Assembly: GCA_976226885.1 (NCBI GenBank)
Contig: OZ320318.1
Coordinates: forward strand, 69,626,001-69,690,000
Reading direction: 5' to 3'
Source: Iphione sp. A-MEVVRFRX5
Lineage: Eukaryota
Length of the DNA: 64,000 nucleotides
Shown here: piece after piece, positions 1-12,600 of the stretch
Layout of the letters: each line of letters begins with the position of its first letter
How positions within the stretch are numbered: position 1 is the first letter of the stretch
Position numbers and translations under genes: made by a program
Notes under the pieces: generated by a model
Database searches by the model: none
Told to the model about the DNA's origin: nothing
The model's input: the letters and a program-made list of their open reading frames with translations, nothing else

Positions 1-3000
1 GGCCCCTCTTCTATGGGGAACCTGTTTTGGTTTACATTGTTACTTGGTCATCTTGGAGACTGTACTGGCTCATGTTACATTTTTGTGGATCTGTATTGGT
101 TCCAGTGTATGTCTAATGTCAGGTACGTGTACTGGTGTCTTGTCCCTCCCTAGTCAGTAAATATACATAAAAGTAAGAGTATGCAGAGTCTTACTCAGTT
201 GCATTCTTACCCTTCATGTAAATTGTTGCTTGGAGTCTGCCTCAACTATGTTAAGGTCTTGCCGTAACAATATATATGTTACTTCTTATGCATTTGAAGG
301 TTGTCTTTTAGGAGAATCTGTGAGCCACTCAATTGATGCCTATCCATCATTTAGCAGTTTCTGTCACCATTCAGGATCATTGGCATCACCGGAGAGCAGT
401 GCCCTCACACAGTGGAAATGCAAGTAGTGAATCCCAACGAAATAGGAATAGTGACTCGACATGTCTGCCCACATTTTTTCCCCTAATCATATTGTTCTCC
501 TTCATATTTCCTTTCTTCCTCTTGTCACACTCATGTTTTACCTCCTCTTGTATCAGTTCTTTCTCCTTCTGTCTCACTTCCCAGTCTCTTTTCTGCTTCC
601 TTCTTTTCTGCACTCTACTTCCTTCAATCCTTTTTATTGTCTCTTTCATTTCATATATGAATATGTGGAAATGGATAACAATGTCTGATCAAGTAGCATA
701 CTTCATGTTGAAAATGCTTTGGCCCTTCTAATCCTATATCGTTAATGCAGTAATCCCCATGTAGCAAGTCATCACTGTATATCACAATAGATCTTGATTA
801 CCTTAACATTCCACATGTATCTTTATGCATGTAAATGTATGGTGTTTGGGTAACATTATAAATCATTTATTTTAATTTTTCATATAATTTTTTGAACACA
901 TGCTGAAGGGGAAAATGAGAGATGCTGAGGATGTCCAGACCAATGCCAGGGATACATTATTAGTTGCTCAATATGATCAGCTCCACATAAAGGTAAGATT
1001 TATGTATATAACATAACACCATGTGTCTACTGCCACTACCAGTTGTGTGTAGTACCTCTGTAAATGACTTCTACCACATAAACATATATGTGATCCTGTC
1101 ACCTGTGTCTGTCTGCCTATTCCTATGTGTACACCATTCACTATAAACATATATAGAATCTAGGAGGCATATCCAATTTTCATTAAATTAGGGATATTCA
1201 TTTCATTAGGGATATCCAATTTTCATCCAGAAGTAAGTTTTCAATACAGCTCTTTATATTAAGGGGCCTAAGAACACCTGTCATATTGGAGGGCTTAGGG
1301 AAACATCTCTGTAATACAGATGGCCTACAATGTCTTGTAATATGTATTTGATCCTTTCTATATCCATGGTATGGATCTCACACATGCCTGTTTGACATGT
1401 GGCCAAAGGGAGCAGTTGGACGAGGACTCAGGCTGCAGTTGACAGGCCCCTGCCCCCAAGTGATGCTGGACCACACAGCGGGATTTGGCCCTCTGCAGGG
1501 GGAGGTGTAGGGCTCGATAGCCCAGTAGTTTCACGATTGGCAGCCTGAACTGGAACGACTATGACTGCAGGCCGCTTATGAACTGATTGATGAACTAGAC
1601 CGTGCCTGGACATTCATGACATTAGATCCAGTCTGTCCATCACATCATGAGATCGCCAGTTGTGAGAAATATTTACTTGCATTTTTATCTTGTGTTTTCT
1701 AGTGCTCCCCTTCTTCCCTAGTACAGGGGAAGTAGTTTAGACTGGTAAGAAGTTAGCTAGTTGGGATGTACTTCCCATCTTGTCATAGCCTGTGATTATT
1801 ATCTTATATGAAGACATGTAAGGAGATCTCTCAATTATCTAAATAAATGAGCCGGTGTTTACTCCCCTTTATTTCACTAAGTAAAAATGTCACGGTCAAG
1901 TAAGTAAGAAGGACACAAGTCAAATTTCTAAGTCAAGTTTATTAGCTCAGGGTCTGAGCAGTCTAGGAGGGGAGAAGTGTCACAGAGCAGCGTCGACTTG
2001 TTCCACACATGATGTACATTAATTTGGACCACACAATCTATTCTAAGTTGCTTCTCATGAGTGGTTCTAGTTAGTTGGCTCTGCATGTAACATTTGTTTA
2101 TAGAGTGGCCGTGCAGAGCTTGGTGTCATTTGAGGTTTACACTTTGTTGAATAAACTTCTTAAAACTTTACCTTCTGAGTGGACATCAGTATATTGAGAT
2201 CTGGTCATAACAGTATCATTAGTAATCAGGAATGGCCAATGGAGGAATATGTCAAACCATATATAGGGAGGAAGTATTGCATTGTTCCCAAGTGTCATAT
2301 AAGTCACCTTTATTGACTCAATTTGAATCATTATTATATAATAAACTTCATGTACTTCTAGATTTCACTGTATGAAAGTAAACAACTGCAAGAAAAACTA
2401 ATAAACTGACACCACATACAATAATTCCAGTTGTTATACATGAAAACTTCATCTGACCTGTACTGGTCAAATAGTACTTATGCTTATCTGAGATACTTGA
2501 CCTGTTGATGACTCAAGTATAATACACACTACATGGCTTGAGCTTGTCATGGATTCCAGTGGTAAATTTTACAAAACATTACTTAATATTTCCCTGTTAA
2601 TCAAAGAAGACTTTAAAAAGACTCAGAGGTAGACAGTATATTGTAACATGAGCTTGGTCTCCGACATGGAAGGCGACGAGAAATGATAACAACGATCATA
2701 AAATAAGGTTCACTTCAAATGCAGAAAACTAGCCTGCAAGAATGATGCTCTCTCAGAGTACAAGTGAGAGAACAAATCTGTTAATTACAGAAAAAAAAGT
2801 CTTATATACTCCTTCAGAAAGATCACATGATACTGTGATTATGCAACAATGTCTCAGAATAGTAGCGCTCCACACATGTCTGGCTTCTGTACTAAAAATA
2901 GACCCTGCCTAGACATTTTGTCTAGACTGATACTAAAAATAACCTCTGCAACCCTCTGATTGGTAGCTCCTGTAGTAGCTCCTGTAAAGTTACTGGAGTG

Positions 3001-3559
3001 GTTCCATAATCACCCTTTTGCAATATATGGACATCAGATTACGCAAGAACAATCAAACTCAATGTCTACTATACTCGTACCACATGGTAAGGAACCAGCA
3101 GATGACAAGCATGTCTCCACTACAATATCTTCAAATCTTTATTTTATTTTATCACATTGTATCTTTCATTTTAGAATCTTTATACAATCATACAAAGTAA
3201 TTTGTATGATAATGACAAGATCGACTCAAATACATGTAAACTGAGTGACCAACTCTGGTTTATGGTAACATGGCCACAGTAATTCAATGAATGGGATATA
3301 GCAGTTACAGGGAAATATGCACATTGCACATATCAAAATGCACCATAAACTGGGCAGACTATAGCACCTACTCTTTTGTACTCGTTTTTACTTTGTGTAA
3401 CATCAAATACAAGTCATGCAAAAATCTACAAACTAGAAAACAGTGAGGAAAAAAAGGGGACAAGGGGTAGATGAGCAGGGGACAGTCCAAATGGACCAAT
3501 CAGGGAGCAGGGTTCGGGAGCCAATCACTGAGCAGCACTCAAGCTGCTCTGGGTTCATA

Positions 3560-4730
3560 AGGGGCCCAGTGAGATGACCTCTTTGCTGTCAGATCTAGAG
3601 GGATCTCCAAAGAGCGGAATCCCTCATGCTGGATCATACCATAGAAGATGACCACATCAGCTGGGGGGCGGTTCCCACTGCCTACCCCACAAGCCACACA
3701 GGATCTCCAAAAAGCACCACCCACAAACAGGGACAAGGAGAGGAAGGGAGAGATTCCTGGTCACATGGTATTGGCACCATCCCACCCCAACCCAGCAGCA
3801 CCCGACCACCACCAAGGTGAATACTGCAACCCAGATGCCCCCTACCTTCCACCTCACTAGCCCATCTCAGACCAAGTGGACCTATAGAGAAGTCAACATC
3901 CACGATCTAGAGCAGAGCACAGGGACCACTCACATGGACAATGACACCAGTTCTTCACCACCATCGGCACCACTACCCATCCCTGGCACCTGAGTGCCCA
4001 TCGCACACGCAAGGGGACAGAAGTCCCACCCCTCTATAGGGGAGATCACCACCGGGCACAAACATGACACCTGGATAACACATGACGTCTTCCACCCCCA
4101 CTCCCCTTCAGGGTTCTCAGTGGGATACCTTGTAGATGAACTCCCCCCTCCTGAAGTGGTAGCCATTTCTAAATTTCTACCCCCCGTGACATGTTCCACT
4201 CCACATCCAACTCTAAGACCCCCCCCCCACCTCAGGGCTACCACAAGGATATGCTACTTTCAAACCTCTTCAAGGTCCCTAAGCTGAGCCACAAGGGCCT
4301 TATACCTCCCCTCCCCCACCTCTCCCTAGTGTCACCTCCTCTCACTACCACCACTCTGCAGAAAAACAGGCAATTTAATGCCATTAGCACCTACACCCCG
4401 GGCTTTACAGCCTTCAGGGACATACTCACCAAGAACTGACCTCTCCTGGCGCAGTCTCTCACCACGCTCCCTATCCACAACACAGCTGAGGTCACACTTC
4501 TACCACATCACCAATGGCAAAGGAGTGGTTTTGCCAAGGGTGAAGGGGTGATTTCATTCCATCACATTTCACCTCTGGACATCAAGGCATCCGGGACATA
4601 GAGATGCATATAGTGGACTTCATTCACAGTTATCCCAGCAGCAATCACGCCCTTCACCTCTGCCTCCTCATTGAGCATCACTGGATCCACTGTGTACAGA
4701 CTCAAGCACCCCTTGGTTTAAACACCATAT
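3560..4730 (+). mobile_element. Highly degenerate Penelope-like element fragment
   Basis: ISTYTPGFTAFRDILTKN, HFTSGHQGIRDIEMHIVDFIH and IEHHWIH..QTQAPLGLN resemble the linker and GIY-YIG C-terminus of the PLE at 62.5-64 kb. The 5' boundary is approximate. Confidence 0.7.
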
Positions 4731-4928
4731 CATCATAAAATGACCACCCATAGGTTCTATGCCCCTCTCACAGGGTCCTTGCCTCGTAAAAAAGTAAACA
4801 CAAGCAGCAGAGGCACTCAACTCAGGCTTACCCAGCCACTCGTATGGCTACAGCGGGGGACATGGGGGCAGCTCCCACAACAGCCACAGCAGCAGTGTAT
4901 AGATAGACAAATTGTAAGCAAAGCCTAT

Positions 4929-5370
4929 TGTGGAGTAACTTAGGTACCCAATGAAAAATTGTGTTTGTTCCATGAAGGAAATGACTCTAACATATTTCGC
5001 ACTTCTTCCCATCTGCACTGAATATAATCAGACCTGACGGTCGTCAAAAGATACTTTGTTTACATGGTGTCTTGATGCGAAAACAAGATAAACTGCAAGT
5101 GATACTCTGACACAACCCTGGACGTGGGGTGCTAGTGATGTCAAGGGTACTAAAGGACTTGCTCATTGTGTACTTGACATCTAAAGGACACTTGACGGCC
5201 GACCGTATCAGGTCAGTTGAGTATATAAGGTTGGCAGTCTGGTGGAGTAGTCAGACTCGCCCCGGTTGCTGTTGAAGATGCTGGTTGCTGTAATGATTTG
5301 ATGCTGACGAAGAATAAAGGCTGAATCGAACCTGACTTGTGGTGTTGGCTTTGTGCCACATCCTGTCACA
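4929..5370 (+). mobile_element. Probable solo LTR
   Basis: TG start, TATA-like gagtatataagg, aataaa at about 5313, ends tgtcaca. No TSD found. Confidence 0.4.
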
Positions 5371-5389
5371 ATCTTGTAGTGGTCTTCCA

Positions 5390-5770
5390 ACGCCAGGAGA
5401 GGCACAGAGAGGGAGGGAGAGAGAGTCAGAGGGAAGGAGAGATGGAGAGAGAGGGGACAGGGGGACAAAGAAGAGAAACAGGAGGGAGAGCAGGAATGGG
5501 AGGGAGAAGGAAAGTGTGAGGGAGGTAGAGAGAGTTAGAGGGAGAGGATGAGGGACAGGGAAGGAGAGAGACAGAGAGAGTTTGGGTGAGGAGGGAAAGA
5601 TTAGAGAATAAAGGATAAAGGGGGGGGGGATAGAGAGCAGTGAGAAGAAGGGGAGAAAGAGAAGGGTAAGCAGAGAGAGGCAGAGGGAAAAGACAGGAAG
5701 AAGGGAGGAGAGAATGAAGAGAGGGAGGGAAGCAGATAGAGAGGAGGAGAGGGAGGGAAGAAGGAGGGAT
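5390..5770. repeat. GA-rich polypurine low-complexity tract
   Basis: About 380 bp almost entirely of G and A. Confidence 0.95.
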
Positions 5771-5771
5771 A

Positions 5772-5819
5772 TACATATACATCATCATTACCGATAGCGG
5801 TAATGATGATGTATATGTA
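5772..5819. repeat. Perfect 22-bp-arm palindrome
   Basis: tacatatacatcatcattaccg-atag-cggtaatgatgatgtatatgta. Confidence 0.95.
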
Positions 5820-6624
5820 CAGTCTGAAATGAAGGAAAATAGGACATAGACATTAATAAATTATAACTACAGATATCAAGCAAAAGCTTCAATTAAGATC
5901 ACAAGCCTTTGATCTAGCAGCTTCTAGTAATAATAATATCTTTTATCAATATTATCTTCATTCTTGGTGTTACTATGGTGTAGACCCCCGCAACGGACAC
6001 CCGGGCACAGCAGACAACCCCTATAATGGACGCCTTGGAAACAGTCCCAAACAAAAACAAGCAAATAATACGTTTACAACAGGCCTGACACAGCGGACAA
6101 TCATGGACAGTGGGCACCCAGCTCTGGACAGTCCGAAACACTGATTTTACAGGATTTTCAGCAGATAGACAAAGACTTCAAATTCATTTTCAAAGGTAGA
6201 CATGAATAACCACTGTGGAGAAGGTGTTGTCACGCAGATTTGGGGCTTCAGAGAGACTTCTGAAGTCATTTTGAAAGGTAGACATGAATAACTCCTTTGG
6301 ATGAGGTGTATATGATAGAGAGAGAGTGAGAAGTGAATATCATGCCAGGTTTGAACCCCAGCTACCTTGCTTAAACTTCGTAGACAGAGAGAGAAAAGGG
6401 GTAGCTCTGACACAACGAATACCCACAAAAATGGATGCTTTAGCTATGTCCATGGTGGAGGGGTTCCACTGTACTGTGAAAGAGTAATCACTGTACTGTG
6501 AAGTAGTAATCAACAATATATTCCATGGAAAATGAGCCAATCAAAACATGTAATTTATCCATGCTTTAATATATAACATGATACATTATAATGTGACATT
6601 AGTTTGTAGGCAATTTATTCACAA

Positions 6625-9600
6625 CTATCTGTACAGTTTTTGAAATGACTGCAGGAAGACCACTGGCTTCTCATAATGAGAAGATGCCTTGGACAATTTA
6701 ATGAATTATGAGTATAAAGAATGATCTCAGAGACTTTCATATAACTGAAAGAAATATTTACTTTACTTTACTTACAGTTGCTTGTTTCCCCCTCCACCTT
6801 CGTCTCTCTCTCCCCTGGCCTCTGCCTCTGTCTTCCCTTCTCCACTGGCCTCTGCCTCTGTGACTTGGCCTCTGCCTCTGTGTTTGGTGACTCCAGCGGC
6901 CTCTTTCCGGGCGGAAGAAAGGCCGCTGGAGTTCAGTTGCTCCTTGTGCAGTCGACCTGGAGTGCTGATAATAACATATTTAGATTAGAGGGGTAAACGA
7001 AAGGGAAAAAGAAAGAATGGTAGTAAGCTACCCCAGGAGGATATGGAAGATCCCTGTCATATGATAGGTGAATATATTCCTGGTAAAAGATACAATGAAA
7101 TGAAAATGAAAGGAAAGATGGAAATGTTGACTGAGTGGGGCAGACAGGAAAGTAAGAAAGGAAGAGAGAAGGAGGAAGAGACAAAAAGAGGAATACTTAT
7201 ACATATGTGACTCTTTCTGCTTATCCCTCTATATATAGATAAATCCATCGATGTGATCGACAATATTTGTAAGATCCCTCAGATGTTAGGTTAGAAAAGG
7301 GCTGTGCCAGGTGACAAGACAGGAGGGGGCCACTATATAATCAGAACTGTTGTTCCAATAATCCAGGCACAATCCCCTGGGACGGAATTTTTTTTCAGAG
7401 TAACGTCTTTCAATGATAGAGAAGTTTAGACTAATATATGACCAAAAATGTCAATGTGACCACTTATGCTCAGAACATAGAGGAGCTTGCAAAACTACAT
7501 TTGACTGTATGTACATAGATTGGGAACATAATAAAAATACATGCCTCTGTTATATGGCTAGTAATAATACTAGCCATGCGGCCAATCGTGTCAGCAGTCG
7601 GGTGGACTCCCCGGTCATCTATAAATGACCGGGGGTCCACCATCAACCCTGTAGGGTCCATGAAGGCCCGGTGTAGCCTTACACAGGCTACACCGGGCAT
7701 GTCCTCGATTTTTCTGGAAAAAAGAGAGAGAAGGCGAGCATGTTTCAGATTTAAATACACTTTATTGGTTACATTAAAAGAATTATATTTTTAATATCCC
7801 ATCATTTCCCCTAGTTATTTTCTCTATATTGTAAATTGTAATCCCTCCCTCCAATAAACAATATGATGAAAATGATAATGATACATCCACTGATAAGATA
7901 CTGTTAATAAAAAATATCATGAATTTTTGCATGTTTACAGTTATACAGGAGACTCCCTCCCTGCGGACGCGTCTCCAATGCGGACGCGTCTCAAATCCGG
8001 ACGATTTGACGCAGAACGAACTGTTTTCCTATAGTTAACCATAATGAGCTAACGTCTCGAATGCGGACGGCAAAATTTAGGGGACGCCTCCCTCTGGACA
8101 CCTCCTAGACCCCTCTCAGAAGTCATTTTCAAAGGTTTTTGAGCGAATTTGGGGTGTTGTCGCGCGAATTTGGGGCCCTAGAGAGGCTCTCACACCCTGG
8201 AGAGGGAGGTGGGAGAGGTAGGGGGTGTCAACGGCGACCTCTCTGATGTCTCTCACACCCTGGAGAGGGAGGTACACATGTAGATATAAATAACAAATTC
8301 AGTACTTTTAGGACTTTTACTGGTCAAATTCAGTACTTTTAGGACTTTTACTGGTAAAATTCAATACTTTTAGGACTTTTACTGGTCAAATTCAGTACTT
8401 TTAGGACTTTTACTGGTCAAATTCAGCACTTATTGTTGTAGAGAGAGAAGGAGAAAGGGATTTCATTTTCTAGTTTGACCCCCGGTCTGTATGTACCCCA
8501 CGTCTCCAATGCGGCCACGCCTCAAATGCGGACGATTTGAGGCAGAACGAAGGGTGTCCGGAATCGAGGGAGTCTACTGTACTTGTAATACATGCTCAGT
8601 TGACTTTGCTATAGGCAACCACTACCAGGACTTATTTTGAGTTAACAACCATTTCATTGGGGAGAACTAAACAAGATACCAAATATGGACAGAAAAGACC
8701 AATGTTTCAATAGCTGCAAATCATGAATGTAATAACTCAGTACAATGAATTCAAGACTGACTCACTGACCTGTTAAATTATAAGAAAAATTATTACCTTT
8801 TCAACACCCTCAAAGCGAGGGGCTGTACATCGAGGCGGGGGCATACAGTGGCCACCGCCACCGTCATGCCCCTCTCTTTGGCCTATATATAATGAACAGG
8901 ATAAAAAAGAAATCAATGTAAAACAGCAATAAAATACAATATATGCTTAAAGAATGTGCAAAATTTGACATAAATAACAGAAAGTAAATTGATATTATAT
9001 TCAAACAGGAATGAAAAATTAATCTATTGATTCAATAAATTTCTCAAGATTATAGCAATACATGTATTGTATACTGAAGCTCTATTTAATAGAGAGCATT
9101 AATGGCTCAGACAAAAAAAAAAATAGGCCCCTGCCACTTTTACACTGTCTGGTGCCTGCATATAATGGAGGTCAAGGTCATCTGCTAGACACTGATTATA
9201 AACAGATTATCTCTCCAATGAAAACATATTTATGCATTAATTATCGTAGCTTTGCAGTGAGTAAGGGAATTTAAATACTTTACTCACCTCCTCTGCCAGA
9301 CGGTTAATGTTCTTAAACACTTCATCTGGGTGCTTGCCCTGGGCGAGGTCATTCCCACCCAGGGCTATTACTACATGTCTGTAGTAATTGAAGTTAATCT
9401 TCGCTTTCTTAGCTGTCAAGCCAGACTGGGAGAGGTTCGCGATGCGAACCCCTTCCAGTCTGGCTATGACTGAATCACCATACACAGCTGAGACCTGCAA
9501 AAAAAAAAAGAAACATGAAAGATTGACCTCATATATATACATGTGCAACTTCAACATATGAACGACAGCAGTTTTTGTACAATAGTAGCACTTTTGACAG

Positions 9601-12600
9601 ACTAATCTCAAAGATAATTTTTGCTTAAAGTTTGGTGGAAATACATCAAATGCAAGTAAACTTATTCAGTATAAACTCTTAGAATAAATAAAGGTACTAA
9701 TTGTATGTTGCAAAACCTAAGAGGTAAGATTAGTAAGGTTAATGCAGGAAGGGTATATGGAAAATTGAAATGAAGGAGAGGGATAGTGTTCTCTAATAAC
9801 TTAACTCTTATAACTTCACAGATTTATTCTATGTTCTCTAATAGCACGGTTTAAGTAGGGAGAAAGAAGGGAAATGGTGCTGTCACCTGGGGTGAAACAG
9901 TATTCAACTAAGTGCAGATGGAGAAAGAAGAAAGTACATAAAAGTAACAAAAATGCCATCAATTAAAGGGCAACTCCACATATAATTTTCAAATTAAAAC
10001 TATACCAATAGTACTATCACATTTTCATTTGGACTTCACAAATGTTTAGCAGAATTAAAAGGTAAACACAGTAAAAGTAAAATTTAGCAGTAGAAATTAT
10101 GCAATACTAATTATGAGTTCATAACAATATATGTTAGATCACTAGTGTATTACATGCACATATTAAAATGTTAACAATTGCTTGGTCACCAAGCCCTCCT
10201 TTAGCTACTCACTGGTGTGATGTTATATTCTATTCTCAAAAAAATTTTTCCCGTCAATTATTTACTTTTTATGTATTATATATATGCTTATTATGTATAA
10301 AAAGTTTATTGCTTGTTAACCCCACTTCATATGCATGTGATTTCATTAATAGATGATAAAAATATTTTATTACTAATAATGTGACATAAAAAAGGAATAC
10401 ATAAGACTACATAAGCCTAATGCAATATTAGTACTTATAATACTACAATGAAAACATATTATAACTACATTATACTAAATTCATCTAAAAACTTAATGCA
10501 AAAGGGAAAGAATGAAGAAAATCAGCAAGTCCAATCATATTTGAAGTATGGTCTGGTTCAGTAGAGGCGTCATCATTGAGGAAGAACTGAGGGACTGATG
10601 AAAATGAAAAATATAAAGAAAACAATCAGAACAATTCAAAATGATATGACAAATCAAAACAATTCAAAACAAATCTGAATAATCAGAGTACAGTGGAGCG
10701 CCTCTAATAGGGACACCCTCTGTTCTTCATCAAACGGTCCCTATTAGAGGCTCGTCCCTATTAGAGACATTGTGGCCTGAGGCCACTCTGTAAAAATTAT
10801 CATGTAGAATAGGGTGTAAGGCCATGTTTTACTTACACACAAAAAGGACAGGGAAGTCTGGGGGAAGTCCTTGATTGAAATCTTCATGCCTCTCTCTCAT
10901 ACCTCTGATCTGTCCCTCTATCTGACACCTATGGGTATTGTCCTCCTGGCAGCTCTTTACCTCTCCATGTAGCACCTATATCTCTCACCATTGTCCTCCT
11001 GGCAGTCCTCTACCTCTCGAGGTCGCGCTAATACCTCACACTTATAGGTATTATCCTCCTGGCAGCCCTCTACCCCTCCTGGTCGCGCTTATACCTCACA
11101 CCTATGGGTATTATCCTCCTGCAGTCTCCCTACCCTTTCGGGTCACAAATATCCCTGACACTTCTGAGCTGTCCCTATGGAGGCACTTCACCCTCCAGCC
11201 TGTCCCTATTGGAGACCTTAAACATTATTATATAGGAAATATTTTGGTTCTGGCTTGAACTGTTGCTATTAGAGGCGTGTCCCTATTGGGGACGTGTCTC
11301 TATGAAGGCTCTCAACTGTATTGTAATACAGTAATCAAACATCAATGAATTTCACATTAAAGTCAAGGTAAAGGTGTGAAAAGCATGTGTCTGATGGTGT
11401 CTTCACTGTGTAATACTGTTGGATTGGAATCCATTTGTCAGGCAGGGGATAACTATCAGAATGTGTTGGGTCCTACTTGTCTATTTCAGTACTAAATAAA
11501 TAGAATTAAATCCCCTGCATGCAATAAACTACACCTTAAGCATCCACCCTTCACCTTCTGTAGATGCTTGCAAATTACAACGATTGCTCGTTTCCCCATG
11601 ATCATACTTATTGGGTGTGTGTCCAATCTCATCTTTTTAGATGTAGGGATACCCTACACACATGCCAACCGTGTGAAACAGGCCTCTGTATAAATGTGAT
11701 AAACTAAGTGACATCCTGTGTAGTGCCCCACTAACTCAATTCAGTGCATAAGAAATATACATCAATATTCAACAAACCACACCATGTGCACTTATCTTAA
11801 CCTCCAACACTACCTACATGACAAGCTTTTCAATAGAGCATCATTGTGTAGGAGACATGCTAAGTGATAGTCTGTGTGAAGTCCTACTCATCTTCTACTA
11901 CTCAAAGTTGATACTTATGGCAGTGGAGAGGGTTATGGGGCTTCCAATATCATCTTCTGTAGAATAACTAAGTTTGTCTGGTTGGCATGGTTGAGATAGG
12001 AGGTGGCTAATGATCGTGAACCTGAATTTGGGCTGATCTATGCCTTGGTAATTAGCTTTCTTAAAGTTTCCGAATGTGGAAAATCTGCATGGTTTTATCA
12101 CCCAAGGCAAAGTATATCAATTGGTATGGGAAATACTTTTACTTACTATTGATGCCGAGTCCTGTGGTGGTGTTGGTGGTGGTGGTGGCAGGGTCGGAGT
12201 AGCTCCAGGGTTGCTGATCTCCTATATGACAACAATGAAGGCAAAATAGTTATTATTGTCATCTAGATTCCGTAGTGCAGATGCTTGCAAAGTACAATTC
12301 CTGACACCTTACCCACATTACTAATAATGTGACATAAAAGCAAGGAATACATAAGACTACATGAGCCTAATGTAAAATTAGTACTTATAATACTACAATG
12401 AAAACATATTGTTCACCTCGAATGAAGTGACATGACTCCTTGAGGTACAGTTTGACTGAAGTTTAGTCCTAGAAGGAACAGATAAGAATGGCAACAAACC
12501 CCACCAGCTCAGTCCCTTATATAGTCAGTGTTAACCTGGCTGGAGAGGCACACACTCTGGCAGACTCTGGCAACTCCGGGCCAACCACGGCCAACGACGG

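Noticed and set aside
386-731. Lys/Glu-rich ORF (-) and Phe/Ser-rich ORFs (+)
   Set aside because: These are by-products of a purine/pyrimidine-skewed tract. No domain or convincing splice sites were found.
900-992. Possible + strand exon MLKGKMRDAEDVQTNARDTLLVAQYDQLHIK|gtaaga
   Set aside because: The donor is good, but no partner exon or homology could be identified.
1888-3300. LTR-like end (tgtcacgg, minus-strand aataaa) with a nearby TM-like peptide suggesting an env gene
   Set aside because: No second terminus, PPT or continuous ORF could be supported.
4730-5340. Hammerhead ribozyme downstream of the first PLE fragment
   Set aside because: No CUGANGA...GAAA core with pairing stems was found.
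5208-5788. ORFs over the GA tract
   Set aside because: They are low-complexity translation artefacts.
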